A stretch of DNA of 63,125 nucleotides, filler included, from Bigelowiella natans CCMP2755 (GCA_000320545.1; 5 parts of 5 records of this genome joined end to end with filler, not necessarily neighbours in it); one strand, 5' to 3'. Counted from the whole stretch's first letter, positions 37,251-50,864 are shown. Made by a program: numbers and translations. The notes: a model not told the origin generated them from the sequence alone.

Positions 37251-39213
37251 GACCGAATATACCTATCACAGATTCGCGTGATATGCGACAAAGAAAATCT
37301 CCCTAAGGTAGCAGCACTCTGACAACCGCGCCTCTAAGATGTTTGTTTGCGTCATTTGGAAATATATCCACCGAAATTACCTACCCATAATTGACCATCG
37401 GCAGTCCTGGGATCATATGCAGTGTGCGTCGGTGTGCGCGAGTGATTCTTCTCAAAGTTGCGTTTGGTGCGGTGGTGGGCATGCCTATAAGCTCCGCACA
37501 GGGATGATGTTCGCAGCGGCGAGCACATTGAGATCATTTGTTTCATAGATTGTTCTTGTGTCTGCATCACCGCTACCACGGCTATCAGGTTGACGCCTTG
37601 GTAAGGGTCGTTTGGGACGAAAAGGAGGAGCTTTCTGTTCTCGAATTCAGGTCATTAGGCAGTAATGATCATCGTCAACCCCGATGAATTTAAATCCTCA
37701 CACCGTGAACGTGTTCCTTCAATGCGATATTTCTCGTTTTCAGGAATCTGCACTCTGATTTTTTCGAGTTCCAAAGCTTCTTTGAGGGAGTTTGCAGGAA
37801 GTATTTCCGGGATTAGCATGCCACTTCCTCGACTTCTAGATTTGATGCCGTGAGCATCAGCAAAGCAACGGTGATGGGGCGATGCTGTAGCAGTTGCAGC
37901 TGTTTCATTTCCATGGAGTTGTCAATATCGTACGACACACTACCAGATCGACTTCATCACAGAGAGACACGCTGCAGGCTAGGGCACATGACGTGAAATG
38001 CTGGGAATGGCGCGCATGCAGGGACGTAACAACCTATAAACCGGTGCATAACATGCCGAAAGTGTGCCGACAGGGCGCATCATGCGCCAACACATGCAAC
38101 GTTCACATGCATGCATGTGGCTTGTTGCGTGTACGATCGACTGACGATCTAGACGACATGCACACATCTGACATGTCTAGCTGCAATGGATCGAGCCGTA
38201 CGAGATTGCACGAGGTATACCTGCTTGCGTTGGCGGTTGGATGTCGCATGCTAGAATGATGGCTGAATGCAACAACGCATGCGTAGACGCAAGCATTAAA
38301 CAGATTTGAATTTTCTATGTTTCAACGGGAAGTTTCTCGCATCATCAGAAAACGATCACCAAAGTGTTGTGACTACTGAAGCATTTTAGCATTGTTTTTC
38401 GTTTTTCTCACAGACGAAGGTTGTCAGAGTCGTTTCTCTGGCGAGCTAGCTGCGTCGCTGAAAATCGTCAATTTGTGCATGCTAGCATGGCACTCTTCAT
38501 GCATCACCGCTAGCTCACGTCTTCGGAAAAAACAACGTTGAAACAGTTAAGACCTAACGCTAGCACGTGCGTCAATTTGATGTTGCATCACAGTGAGTTG
38601 GGATTGGTTTTATTGTGGCAAAACAAGGGGAAAAGTTTGAGAGCAAGAGCGTAGCCATTTGGCGGTCGCCTGCGATGAGCGATGAGACGGATGCAGCAAA
38701 TGATTACACTTTTTCAATGCTCATCCTGGCGTGGTTACGTGTGTGCGCATAGTTACGTACGGCTCTAGAGCTGCTAAGAAACGCGGTATACTGCTACGAT
38801 CGTAGCGCCACGAATGTGCGCATGCTCTCACGATGATAGATCTAAACAGCAGCCAAAACATCATGACCGACGCAACAAGACCAGACAACGGCTACAATCG
38901 ATAATGTTCTAAAATTGTTACTCGCATGCATGTTACACACGCACTGGTTGACTACCACGCACATCCTATTAGTCATAAGAAACACGCTGTATGCTAGTCT
39001 AGAGCGCTGATGCCCTCTGCAGGGCGCCCAGCTCTCCGTTCCGCCGAGTTGTTATTCGATAGATTTGAATTCCGGAAAGAAGAGAGAACTGAGTAAGCAT
39101 TCCTGAAAGCGATACTTGCTGGCTGCCGGTCCTCCTCCTACTGGGCGGCGGGGCGGGGGAGGGGGGGGAAGGGAGGCTTGAGAGGCTTGAAGAGGGATCG
39201 GTCATCACGACTA

Positions 39214-39291
39214 TCATCCCCGGTAGTAGCCAGGCTCAACGAATGGCATTTTGGTGATCTCGACGTCGCGTTTCTTGCCGCGAACCTCAGC
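39214..39291 (-). CDS. AMT: Last exon of glycine cleavage T-protein (aminomethyltransferase)
   Basis: cag|AEVRGKKRDVEITKMPFVEPGYYRG* matches the eukaryotic GcvT C-terminus (VRGK...VTKMPFV...YY); the rest of the gene is lost in the gap. Confidence 0.75.
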   Translation of the reverse strand, partial: AEVRGKKRDVEITKMPFVEPGYYRG

Positions 39292-39355
39292 CTGAGAGGA
39301 GGAGGAGGAGGAGGGAGGGAGGGAGGGAGGGAGGGAGGGGGAGGGGGGGGGGGGA

Positions 39356-39455
39356 NNNNNNNNNNNNNNNNNNNNNNNNNNNNNNNNNNNNNNNNNNNNT
39401 TAATTAATTAANNNNNNNNNNNNNNNNNNNNNNNNNNNNNNNNNNNNNNNNNNNN
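39356..39455. other. Assembly gap / contig spacer
   Basis: N-TTAATTAATTAA-N. Different genes are truncated on each side, so the true gap is much larger than 100 nt or the join is arbitrary. Confidence 0.98.
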
Positions 39456-39479
39456 AGCCCTTTCCCCCCCCCCCTCCTT

Positions 39480-40529
39480 GCTCACCACATCGTTTGGCCA
39501 TTACACCACGCCGTGTAGTAAGAAATGCAACGATCCATAATCTAACCCACAAACCGCTCATCAAATATCGGCATCAGACAGCATAGAATGCTGGCTCTAT
39601 GCGCGAAACGTGCACAGGGGAAAGCGTTATTGTACTCAATGAACATACCGCAATGATCTCGTCTTCTTGCAGGTCTACTAGCTTCATATCCTTCGAGACG
39701 GCTGAATAGACGAATACATGCAAGTATTGGATTAAACAAAGAGACCTAATGGAAAAGCGCATAGGCATGATGCGTATGGGGGTTGCGCACACACGCGACA
39801 CCTTTGCTACTCTGGTCGTCTTCCTGCTTCTTCACATCCTCGGGTGATATGGCCATTCCAGGATCCTTCAATAGTGCGTATTATTCGCTGATCAGACGAG
39901 CATGTGTGCACGCACATATAACAGGTGAAGCTATGGAGGGGGGGGAGGAGGAGGAGGAGGAGGAGGAAAGAGGAATCGAGAGCACACTACCATCTTGGGG
40001 TCCATCAACTCAAGGGCGGACATTGCCTGTGATGAGATGTGATGACGCATACATTTATCAGTTTGCTGAGCACTTTCGTGATCGGACTGTGGAATGGGAG
40101 GGGCGTCTCGCTTCTGCTGCGAAGAGAGCGCTGCTATGTCTTCAATGATAATACCTCCATTCATTATCACCACTCTTATATATCGCAAGCACTACCTCAT
40201 ATAAACTGAAGTCGGGACCGTGAATCATCGTTCCGATCTGGGTCATATAATATTATGCAAATATATGTATGTGAGGATGCGTGTATTTGTGTACGTAGGC
40301 TGCATGCAATTTTATTCCGAGAAGATGGGGAGTGGAGGCGAGGAGGCGAGGAGGCGCACGGGGGGGAAGGACACGTTTTACATTGTACAGACAAAACAGA
40401 AAGCTTTGCAGTCGTCGTAGAAGTACAACCTTCATTCCGCTCGATGTTTCTCTTAACTCCTCCGTGATGTCCTCCCAGCCCTTTGTTATGTTATTGTAAA
40501 AGACACAGACGTACACACACGCACGCACA

Positions 40530-40594
<65 letters not shown>

Positions 40595-40605
40595 TTATAT
40601 TGATA

Positions 40606-40638
<33 letters not shown>

Positions 40639-40908
40639 AAGAGATTATCAACTGAACCTCTTTCGAACGGAGCAGCATGTCCAAATCATAACTCATGTTT
40701 CGCTGGCGTGGAGGGAGGAGGCTCACCCCCCCCCCAACCACGCAATCTGCACTAGGAGCCTGGCTTTGAGGCACCGCTCCTGCTATTTACATATCATCAT
40801 AACAACCACATCACAACGCCGTTTGACTGCAAAGCGCTTAAGAAGGATCTTTCATTCCTGAACACCTTCCTGGGTTGAGGCGGAATTCATCCCTTTGTTC
40901 TCGTTCAT
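39480..40908 (-). CDS. NAA35: NatC auxiliary subunit NAA35/MAK10, 5' part
   Basis: Exons GWEDITEELRE, AMSALELMDPKM|D, EDEIIA, MDRCISYYTAWCNGQT follow the Mak10 N-terminal pattern; start is tentative. Confidence 0.75.
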
Positions 40909-41538
40909 ATGGTTTCCCTGAAGAAGGGGGAAGAGGAGGGAGGTCATCACGCACGCACACAGGCAAGTTACACAAATCCCCCCCCCGATCCACACGACCA
41001 CCAAAACCAACCTGGAAATACCTTCGTCAGGTAGTCGTAGATCCCTTGAGTTTCCCAGCTGGCCGAATGCGTCTGCAAGATAGAAGAGAAGAGTGTATCT
41101 GCCTCACGGGAGGGGGAGACGACGGCGTGTGCTCGGGACGTATTTCGATTGATGAAGTTAAGACTTATCTCCGGGACAAGGCGTTTCCTAATAAGGCATG
41201 AAATCTTAGCGTTTATGATCTACGACAAAGAATAAAATGTAGCAATGCACGATTTTAGATAAAATATATTGGATATTTCTCGTATATTTCGATGATATAT
41301 TATACTTCGCGGATCGCGACTTCGCTTTTCTGAACGAAAATATCTCCTCTCCTATGCTCAGATGTGGGCTGCACTAAAACTTGCCAGCTCCACGGCTTCG
41401 AGAGAATTAACGCCGGATGATAAACTCACCCTATTCATGATCTGCGACAACTAATTGTATGAATTTTATAACAAAATAGCTTTTGTTTGTACCGGTTGCG
41501 CCTCACGCCAGCTTCCGAAAGAACAACCGAACAACTTG

Positions 41539-42144
41539 ATGGAGAACTCCGCCGAGGGGGGGAAGAAAGACGTGCTGCTCGTGTCGGGGCCATCACAGCA
41601 GACGCCAAACATCGGTATTGATGAGGATTTTTATTCCGACTTTCGAAAGCAAGATGATTTTAGACTGAAGTGCAATGGAGTTGAGCTGTTCGTGCAGCTC
41701 GCAGAAGGGAGGGGTAATCAAACCATCCGGATCCTAGTGCTAAGCTACGCAGTCAAAAAAACAGACAATGGTGTAGATAAAGAGGAGTCTAAGGGTGCTC
41801 AAAACGTTCTAAAGATCACGATGCACGACAGCGGCAACACAATCGAGGTCGGGGCTCATCGTAGTGACAAATGGAGCACGGTGTACAGCCAAACCAAAGC
41901 TTGCGCTGTTACGGAGGAGAAGGATTCCCAGATGGTGGGCGAGCATAAGGTTTTACAAAATGACATTAAAAATGAAGAGAAAATGACGGTCTTCGTCGCC
42001 TTGTGTAGACAGTTGGGCAGCATTGATGTTTTGGACAAAGCCATCGGTGCAATGCTCAAAAAGTACAAAGAGAACATCAACCGGCACATGTGGGGAATTC
42101 AAGCCGCTGTAGCAATTAAAAAATTACTAAAAACCTGCTTCTAG
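41539..42144 (+). CDS. Hypothetical protein, single exon (about 200 aa)
   Basis: Uninterrupted ORF with globular-like composition, divergent from NAA35; no motif recognised. Confidence 0.6.
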   Translation: MENSAEGGKKDVLLVSGPSQQTPNIGIDEDFYSDFRKQDDFRLKCNGVELFVQLAEGRGNQTIRILVLSYAVKKTDNGVDKEESKGAQNVLKITMHDSGNTIEVGAHRSDKWSTVYSQTKACAVTEEKDSQMVGEHKVLQNDIKNEEKMTVFVALCRQLGSIDVLDKAIGAMLKKYKENINRHMWGIQAAVAIKKLLKTCF

Positions 42145-42924
42145 CCTTCATCATCATGAATTTTGTCAGTGCAGATGACATGAAATGTTCGATTACAAAG
42201 CTGTATGCGTGCTGCATCCCAGCTAAACAGCTCTAGCGTTCTAGAGTTAGCGGGCCGGCAAGGTGCAATGACTATCATTTTGCATCAACTCTTCCATTGT
42301 TGGCTATTCAATACACACACAGCCTAGACGACACATCATGTACGTTAGTAAAACCTAAATAAGTGCTAACTAATTATGCTACAAGGCTAGTAGGCTAACT
42401 AAACTAATCGAATAAGTTCACTTGGTCATGCAAACATAGCTGCGATTGGGATTCATGCGGCGTGCAATGTTCTAGTGTTGGTATAGCGTTGGTGGCTCAT
42501 GCGCGCGCACAATGATGATGTGTGTACCCCTACATATTATTATATGGCTGTAAAAACAAATGCCTGTTCGTTAATGTTGTAATTACGCCTTTCATTTATA
42601 CGCTTGCAGCAATAAGCGCTACAAATGAAAATCATCATTGCGCGTGCGATGCCGCAACTCGTAATTAATGCCATGAACACATCCAGACATAGTAATGCAA
42701 ACGTTGGTCACGTACGTTCCGCCATGGCTATCCCATTCGTCAACTCTAAGGAATTAGGAGAAACAACGCTTTATTGTTTAACAACACCAACACAAACGAC
42801 ACATGTGCATGCTCGGGCTATTTAACGACTACATATCTAGATAGGGATCTCTAGATCTCTGCCTGTTGCGAATGCTCGCACATCGGTAAATGTAACTATA
42901 AGATGCTGTACTACCTCATGAAGA

Positions 42925-43987
42925 TCAGACTGACTGTCGGAATACATACGGAATACTGAATCCTGGAACTAAGAAGCGAGAGAAGGACGGCGAGGAGATG
43001 ACAGAGCAAAACATAAACAGATCACTTTCAAAACGATCGTTATACGCATTTGACGCATGCATGGCTCTCACAAACGTGTTAAAAACAAAAACAAAAGAAA
43101 TATGAGAAAAGAACAGAAGAAAGAGCGATGGCCGCCATCTGTGTTCCCGCCACGATCCAATGCAGCAGCGGCGTTTATCACGTTGTTGTTGTGCCGATGT
43201 AGCGACTCACCTATCTGTCTCCATCGAACCTTCGGTCTCGGTTCTCCAAGTTCCAATTGCCGCACCTAAAAGGGATGGGTTAGGCCACACGAGTTTAACC
43301 GCAGAATCGGTGATTCGTTGAGTTTGCTATAATGATATGATATAACCGCTACCAACGCTTTTGTCTCGATACTAGCTGCTACTGCCACTCATCCACAATG
43401 CCGCACTTACCATTCCCGCGAAAACGATGAAGAAGTAGGTACCTGACCATCAACCGTGGTGGGTTAGATAATACGCAATCGAAACGCTTTCCTGCTGTGC
43501 TGTTGTATGTGATTGGCAAAGCATGCTAGTATACCCCGATAACACTGCTCCCTATTTTGTTTCTTATTCTTTCTTTAACACTTCAAGGATGCACAAACAT
43601 CCGCGCACAAGAACACGCGCACACACGCACATAATATATGAATAGAATTGGGTGATATTTGCTTTTCCGATAACCACCCTCCAGCCCTCTCACACACTGA
43701 CCATCATGCGCTAATAGCTAATAAAGGCTAAACTAATATTGCTCGCATTACTACTACATCTACTGCTACTGCTACTACTACTACTATCACTACTACTACA
43801 ACCACTACCACCACGACTACCAGTACTACTACATCTACTACTACTACATCTACTACTACTACAATCCCAACAATCTGCAATACATGGGCGACCATGAAAG
43901 AATAGCGGCAGCTTACCGATTCCAACGCCGATGTGCCAGAACGCATGAAACTGACTCAAGTGCTCGAGTGGCCAACCGACCCGATTT
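42925..43987 (-). CDS. Alkaline ceramidase (ACER family), 3' exons
   Basis: Spliced NRVGWPLEHLSQFHAFWHIGVGI|GTYFFIVFAGM|VRQLELGEPRPKVRWRQI|VPGFSIPYVFRQSV*; QxHAxWH is the ACER/CREST C-terminal His motif. Confidence 0.8.
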
Positions 43988-44265
43988 CTGTGGGACATCA
44001 AAGCACATCATGCGAGTGCCCATGAGACCAGTGGATGGCGATAGAGCTCCGAAGATGAAAGCAGCAAGTGCGAGTTGTAGGTGGCTGAGCCGATGAAGGC
44101 TCATACGCTCTGGGGAGCCCCGTATATTAGAATATATCTCTTAAAGGTCTCTACTCAGCGTGGAGCTGAAGCTTGGAGCAATATCCAGCGACAGGCATTT
44201 CGAATATCGATGTTAGCACGCACGCGCGCGCGCGCGCGCAAACACATACACACACACACACACAC

Positions 44266-44365
44266 NNNNNNNNNNNNNNNNNNNNNNNNNNNNNNNNNNN
44301 NNNNNNNNNTTAATTAATTAANNNNNNNNNNNNNNNNNNNNNNNNNNNNNNNNNNNNNNNNNNNN
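44266..44365. other. Assembly gap / contig spacer
   Basis: N-TTAATTAATTAA-N. Confidence 0.98.
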
Positions 44366-44634
44366 GGGGGGATTTGGCATTCTGTGAGATACAATATCAT
44401 GAGAGAAGGAAGTAGTTACATAGCCAACATCTCATCGCCCCCCCCCCCCCTCCTAATAAACTACCCAATTGCCGCTAATGCTGCTGCTGTTACTAGCAAT
44501 CATCTGGCCCTGGCATACTACTGAGTAACCGCTTCATTCGTATGCTACCCAACACTCTCCAAGATGCAATAGGAAGGAGGGGGGTAGCGAAATGATGTTT
44601 AACACTAGCGGGACGTCGCTCGCTGCTGTATCAC

Positions 44635-44998
44635 CGGGACCCAAACTGCCCTTCTGGGACTAGGTAGTTGACGTTGTTTGTCCCAAGATGATCCTGAGAA
44701 CATTGTATATATACATTAGTCGTGGGTTATGATGATCTATGTGTCAAACAAAAATACGAATATGTGCGCGTGTGCGTGTGCGTGTGCGTGTGCGTGTGCG
44801 TGTGCGTGTGCGTGTGCGTGTGTGTGTGTGTGTGTGAAGAGAGGGGGGGGGGGGGGGGGAGTGAATTAGAAAGAGGAAAACACCTGCGCCATTCCGCATA
44901 TCGTCTCCACGAGGGAAGCTTCTCCGTGATGATAATTGGACATCTCAGCAATTCTGCAATTATATTACCAGCCCCACATCAAACAATACCTCTACTCT

Positions 44999-45047
<49 letters not shown>

Positions 45048-45343
45048 CCTCACACTTACACGCAGGTTTCTATGATGCCAAAAGCATGATGATGATGATG
45101 ATGATGCAGTATTCCACGAGAGTGATGAATGTAATTATTTATTTATATATGTATAATGGTTGTAGGATACTAACATATCTACTTTGCAACTACCTTCCTG
45201 TGAGCTGCGAGACTTTTATTTCATTCACTTGATTATTCTTCAGCATTCCTAGTAACAACACGCACACGCAATCACGAACACACCGGTTCTGCTCGCATCG
45301 TCATCATAGGAACGGTTAGATCTTCAACACCCTAAACAAAACA

Positions 45344-45390
<47 letters not shown>

Positions 45391-45708
45391 CATAAAGCAC
45401 TTTCCGCTGTGTTGGCTTGAGTCCATCGATTGCACACCTGCATACACGTTCGTTTTGCACGAATTGATGTTCAGTTATTGCTGGCATTTCCTAACACCAA
45501 TAGTAATATATCGCAGGCATTCTGGCAAGTAGCTTCTTCGTCGTTGTCGTCTCTGTGTTTTGCCCGGTGTTGTGTTGCTAGCTGTGTGATAAGCCGCACG
45601 GGATCGAGCGGATGTTGTCGTAGTTGGAGAAATGGATGAATTCCTAAAAAGAACAAATATTTATACAATGATAAATCATAAAAATAAATACAAAATATAA
45701 TATATATA

Positions 45709-45742
<34 letters not shown>

Positions 45743-45881
45743 TTGTATTGCCCATCGCAACACGCACGCAATAGAAATATGCGCGTGTAGAATCCGTATA
45801 GCAGCAGGAGCCACCTGATCGAAGAAGTCTTTGATTGTGACGCTATCAACGCTATAGTCGATGTAGCTCTGATCGTCATAC
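44635..45881 (-). CDS. TOP2: DNA topoisomerase II, internal fragment
   Basis: Small exons encode AIDGLKPTQRKVLY, EIKVSQLTG|RIAEMSNYHHGEASLVETICGMAQ|DHLGTNNVNYLVPEGQFGSR, diagnostic type IIA motifs in the expected order. Confidence 0.88.
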
Positions 45882-45989
45882 CTTTGAGGGTTCATCACGA
45901 TCATAGCAAGTTGGATAGTTATTTTATTTATTGAGCTGCAGATGGCGCGTGGTCTACAGCGCAGTTGTGCGGTTATCTGTGTGTCTGTC

Positions 45990-46021
<32 letters not shown>

Positions 46022-46430
46022 TGAGAGAGCTCGTCTTCCCATAAAAGTAAACGGTCAACTCGACCTCGTTGCGGCGCGCATTGAGTGGTTGTTTTCGGGC
46101 TCCTTTTGCTATTGAGGGGGAAAATTCGGTGAGATGAAAATTTACGTTTGTTCCCCTGGCTTGCTCCGTGTCCCTCCTCTCTATATCCAATCTTACGGGT
46201 TGGTCATCGACAAAGCTCGCCTTTATCATATCCCTATTGCTGATGTCGCTGTTGGGGTAATAATCATCATAATACTCCACGCTACTATCAAGAGTTGCCT
46301 CCTTGTCACATCAAACAAATCAACGAAGGTCAGCGTCATTAGATAGACGGATGGGAGAGAACATTTACAAAATGAGGGTTTTGTTTTTTAGTATCTATTT
46401 GGGTTGCTATGTTTTGTGCACGGACATTAC

Positions 46431-46530
46431 NNNNNNNNNNNNNNNNNNNNNNNNNNNNNNNNNNNNNNNNNNNNTTAATTAATTAANNNNNNNNNNNNNN
46501 NNNNNNNNNNNNNNNNNNNNNNNNNNNNNN
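46431..46530. other. Assembly gap / contig spacer
   Basis: N-TTAATTAATTAA-N. Confidence 0.98.
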
Positions 46531-47085
46531 TATCAGCTACTCTACCTAGCTGTTCCCGACTTACCCTTTGAGCACTGGTATAAGGTCCTGGGGGACCTTG
46601 ATCCAGAGGGTTTGGTATGGACACGAACCTAAGGACGAAGGTGAGTTCTGGGTAAGCGACAAAGGAGATAAGGTTAGAGAGGAATCTATTACCTGGTGGT
46701 TGGTGAAGTTCCGAAAGCGATGAAGGTCTAAGGGAATAAGGAAGGAAGGAAGGAGCAACGTGACTTGGGGGAGGTGTAGCGCGTACCACTACGCGGGCAC
46801 AAGTCACGTGCGACAACAAAGGGGTTGTCGCGGATATAGAATATAGATAACGTAGATATTAATACAGCATAGGCACGTGGGTTCCGGCGGGACTCATGGC
46901 AGCACACCGGAAGTGTCCTCCCCCACGTGCGGCGGCATTCGCGAAAGCTTCGCGAATGATTACGCAGTGCACGATTTAATAAAAATATAATCTTTAATAA
47001 AAATAAACACAACTCTTCAAAAGGAAGCAAACGTGCCTTTCCCCCCCCCTGCCTACTTGTGCACGTAGCGCCTCGGCCTGTGAAC
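46531..47085 (+). mobile_element. 3' end of a second copy of the same LTR retrotransposon (pol tail, PPT, LTR 46775-47085 lacking its last 15 nt)
   Basis: Reverse complement of about 5955-6508 with only a few substitutions and one indel seen. Confidence 0.95.
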
Positions 47086-47347
47086 TTTGAGTACCAACAC
47101 TGGCACCTTCAATTTCTTTTTTCCCCTTTCCCCCCCCCCCTAATCAATCTTTGCCTCACAGCACAGAACTATACAATGAAGAAAGATATCTTTGCAGGTA
47201 TATAATGATATTAGCAGCAGCTGCAGCATCACAGCAGCAGCAGTAGCACATGCATAGATCAAATAGGGGGATATGCATCGTGCAGCTCGATCATATGTAG
47301 CGGATAGTAATAGCAACCAAATATCCCACACAAATTTTCAAGGCATA

Positions 47348-47387
<40 letters not shown>

Positions 47388-47449
47388 TATTTACATATAA
47401 TATATATAAAGAACGCTGACAACCTATGCACACAAGCTAGCCGCAGTCG

Positions 47450-48874
47450 TACCGCATCCTCTTCCTGGGGAGGTGCATACGAAAACCAACGAGTTAATAG
47501 AGGCATTTTTGACAAATGCTGGAAAAGGGAAATGTAAGAAAAGCGGCTGGGTAAGCTATGTTAGATTGCTTTAACAACTACGCATTGCATTTACACGGAA
47601 GATTGTTTACCCAACTACGATAGCCGAAAGAAGTTCTTAAATCGCCATTGTTTTGTCATCGATTGAAAATTGATTACCGGTAGGCTGTCTGGTCCTCTCG
47701 CCTTAAGCAAAGCTTTCAGTACTTCGCGTCTTCGCTTGATCTTTCCAAGCAGCTCTGTTATTGAGTTGTCCAAGAGCTCATCCTACCCAAAGCAGCGACA
47801 AGCTCTATATTATCTCAAAACTAAACAGAGAGACTGTACTCAAAATAGCTATAGGATGAGAGTGTCGGTGGTCATTCATACGGCAACGTCCCTGACAGTG
47901 ATCGTGGTGTAATTACCAGTCGCTCACGCGAATCATCCACCATGATACTTTTCTGTTGGATAAGTGAAACAACTTCTTCCTCTTCCCCCTCCCCTCCCTC
48001 TCGATCGGGCGTTTCGGCAACTGCGGTCAAGAACGCCGAGCCGTCGTTTTGCTGGGGGGGAGCATTGACGAGAGCAAGGGGGCTGGGGCCAGCTAGGTTC
48101 GTTTCTGGATCGTTTGGAGTTGCGACAGCCGAGGACGAGTCTTTGGAGTGCGGTGTTGATGGTTTTTTTGGTGAATGGGGAGAGGGTCTTTGGTGCATCG
48201 CTTTTTGTGGATGTTCCTTTATGCCAACGGCCGATGGAACGATATCTTCGGGTGGCGATGGCGACGTGACCGACCTAGGGGAAGACAATGACAAGGCTCT
48301 GACAAGATAGGTCGGGGGGACACCGGCGAACCGTTGATGATCGAGCATGTACGCCGCGGTCTCCTTCAGGGATGTGAGCCCATATGTGATACCTAAAAAC
48401 ATCAGCAATCTCAGAATCAGTGGCCCCCGGTGGGAGAATGTTGCTGCGAGCACAACCGTTTCGCTTCGGAATCTTCTTCTCTACTAGAGAGCCTCCTTCT
48501 TTCGCGGCTGCCACTGTGTATCCTTCTTCGTCTGCAGGCTTGAAAACGTATCGACGATTCGTGTCGTCCGCTATCACGTACGCTCCCCCAGTCACCCCAC
48601 ACTCGTCGCGGACCCTATACTGTTCCCTAGGACTCCAGTCACCATCGTTTCCCACCCGCAGGAGATCGGAGCGGGTACCTGCAAGAACCTGCCTTTGCAA
48701 TTTAGATTCACCTTGGGTTGCAGATACCCCAATATCGTCTTTTCCCTCTCCCTTGATCCCCCCGCCGCCTCCTGTCGCGCCACGGCCATGATCCAAGTTC
48801 TTGAGGAGTCCTGACAGATCTATAGCGCATGATTGGCTCTTGACGATCCCTCCCTGGAGAGGAAAAAGCGACAT
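47450..48874 (-). CDS. Type II phosphatidylinositol 4-kinase-like (plant PI4K-gamma-like), partial
   Basis: GVTGGAYVI...YVFKPADEE and LKETAAYMLDHQRFAGVPPT motifs; catalytic DRHxxN/IDHG part not seen before the LTR fragment. Confidence 0.78.
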
Positions 48875-49165
48875 GCCGAGACCGGAACTAAAGGGGGGTG
48901 GAGGGGATTAAGGAATTGAAAGGAATTTCCCTGTTATTCCTTAAGATGCCCAGAAAGTGCATTCTCGCCTAAAATGCAATGCATTTTCACTCTGCGTCAT
49001 GCTGTAATCGTAAGATCGCGTGCTTGTCGCATGTATTGAATAAATAAATGGAACAAAAATGCCCTGTATTTATCGCTGTGCGACAAGCTTATCGGGGGCA
49101 AATCATCGTGCTCCTGGGAAAAAGGCCCTTGCCTGTCGCCTGTGTCACCATCTGTGCACCTTCCG

Positions 49166-50864
49166 ATGGGGAGAGGGCATGCAGCCGCGCCTTCGGCATT
49201 ATTGACACTTTTCGCTCTGGTGTGTGTCCCCAGTGCTGCCGCAGCGGGAAATGCAGGTGGGCGTTGTGTGTATGTCTGGTATGAACCCGCTGACAAAGCC
49301 CCCCCCCAACCCCTTCCTTCAGCTCGATTGCACAAGGATGCGATGGTGTCGGCAGTGACACGGCGTCGATCGCGCTATTCACTGACCCACCGCCCCTCGT
49401 TCATGGCGGATTATTCCCGAGTCAAGGTGAGGGTAAGTTTGTAGGATCGATGATTTATCGCCATTTCATGTATTGATTTAAGGTTCTTTCTTATGTTACA
49501 GTGTCGGGGCGGTTTGACTGGTGGCGGCAAAGCACTCGATACAAACCTAGAGCGGGCAGTGTTTGGAGGAGGCTGCTTCTGGTGTGTGGAAGCGGTGAGA
49601 TTTCACATGTAACTCTTCGAGGCTCGTGTCTTGACCGATCCCGTTGCAGGTTTTCAGAGAGCTCAAAGGTGTTAAGAACGTCATATCCGGGTACTCCATC
49701 AATACATCCATACCTTCTTCGATATAGTACGTGATGATATTTCTTACATGATCCTCCCTTTTTGGCCTTGATGTCTCAATGCGTGGCGCTGCATGAATAG
49801 TTATGCCGGAGGGAAGGTATAATGATATTTTAAACTTTAACATTAATTGGTTGGATGGTCCATGGCTATGCTTTCTCACTACGGCGCTACTACTAAATTA
49901 TGGTTGGGTATTTATCACTGCAGGACAAAAATCCAACGTACGACAGCATTTGTACTGGTTGACTCGCTTTCAAATTCGTGTGAGAAGACTCCTGTGCTTA
50001 ATTAGTGGCCTTTCTATAGGCAAGACTGGGCATGCGGAGGTGGTTGCGATCGACTTCAATCCGAAGATTATCCAGTATGCAGACTTACTCAAAGTTTTCT
50101 GGGCGGGTAACTAAAGCAGTTGTAGAAATTTGGAACTCACACTCGGCGACTCCATCGCTTTTGAGTCAGCCATCCAACGCGTGGCAAATGATTTATGTGT
50201 CTACGTGCAGCTCACGACCCGACTACGCTGAATCGACAAGGAGCCGATGTTGGAACTCAGTACCGGTAATAGTGATATCAGGCACCTCTGCTTTAAATTT
50301 GGAAGCCGCATACTTACATTCTTTTACACATATCTTCTCTTGGGGTCAGATCGGTGATCTACACGACAACTGAGAGTCAAGTGAAGGATGCAAAAACAAG
50401 CTTAGAGACCGAGCAAGTACGACAGGGTGAGTCGTCAAATCTCTCGTTGCCAACTGCCTGTGGCCCGTATACATACGTATGCCCAGGGCACATCTCTTCT
50501 TTTTTGTTCTGTTACATCTCATCCTCTTTGCTTTCATTCGAGCAGCGGATCAAAAGCTGTTCGGTTGTATCCCGATGTCTCGCAAAGTAGTCACGGAAAT
50601 CGAGCCGCTCCAAGAATTCTTCTCCGCTGAATCATACCACCAGGTCTGATGATAGATTTATTTCGCCAACGGTGTTACATCCGCCATTTGATCGCTCTAC
50701 ATTTGATCGCTCTAATAGCCGCGTCCCCTACAACTCAGAACTACTACCAGAAAGCGCCCTATATCCCCTATTGCGCAGTCAATATCGCTCCCAAATTAGT
50801 TAAAATTCGTTCAAAATTTCGGGATTTGTTGCGCGAAGAAGGATACGACGATGATGACGAATGA
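49166..50864 (+). CDS. msrA: Peptide methionine sulfoxide reductase A with N-terminal targeting presequence, multi-exon
   Basis: AVFGGGCFWCVEA, NPTYDSICT|GKTGHAEVV, HDPTTLNRQGADVGTQYR, AESYHQ|NYYQK...YC. Confidence 0.95.

Noticed and set aside
37340-37850. Short minus-strand coding-like stretch (MLIPEILPANSLKEALE...)
   Set aside because: No recognisable motif or consistent gene model.
39214-40908. Apparent NAA35-GcvT fusion
   Set aside because: Two truncated genes joined by the assembly spacer.
49375-49405. Overlapping head-to-head ATGs in CATG with TAG readthrough for PI4K
   Set aside because: The region is better explained as the plus-strand MsrA presequence; the minus frame is closed by TAG.
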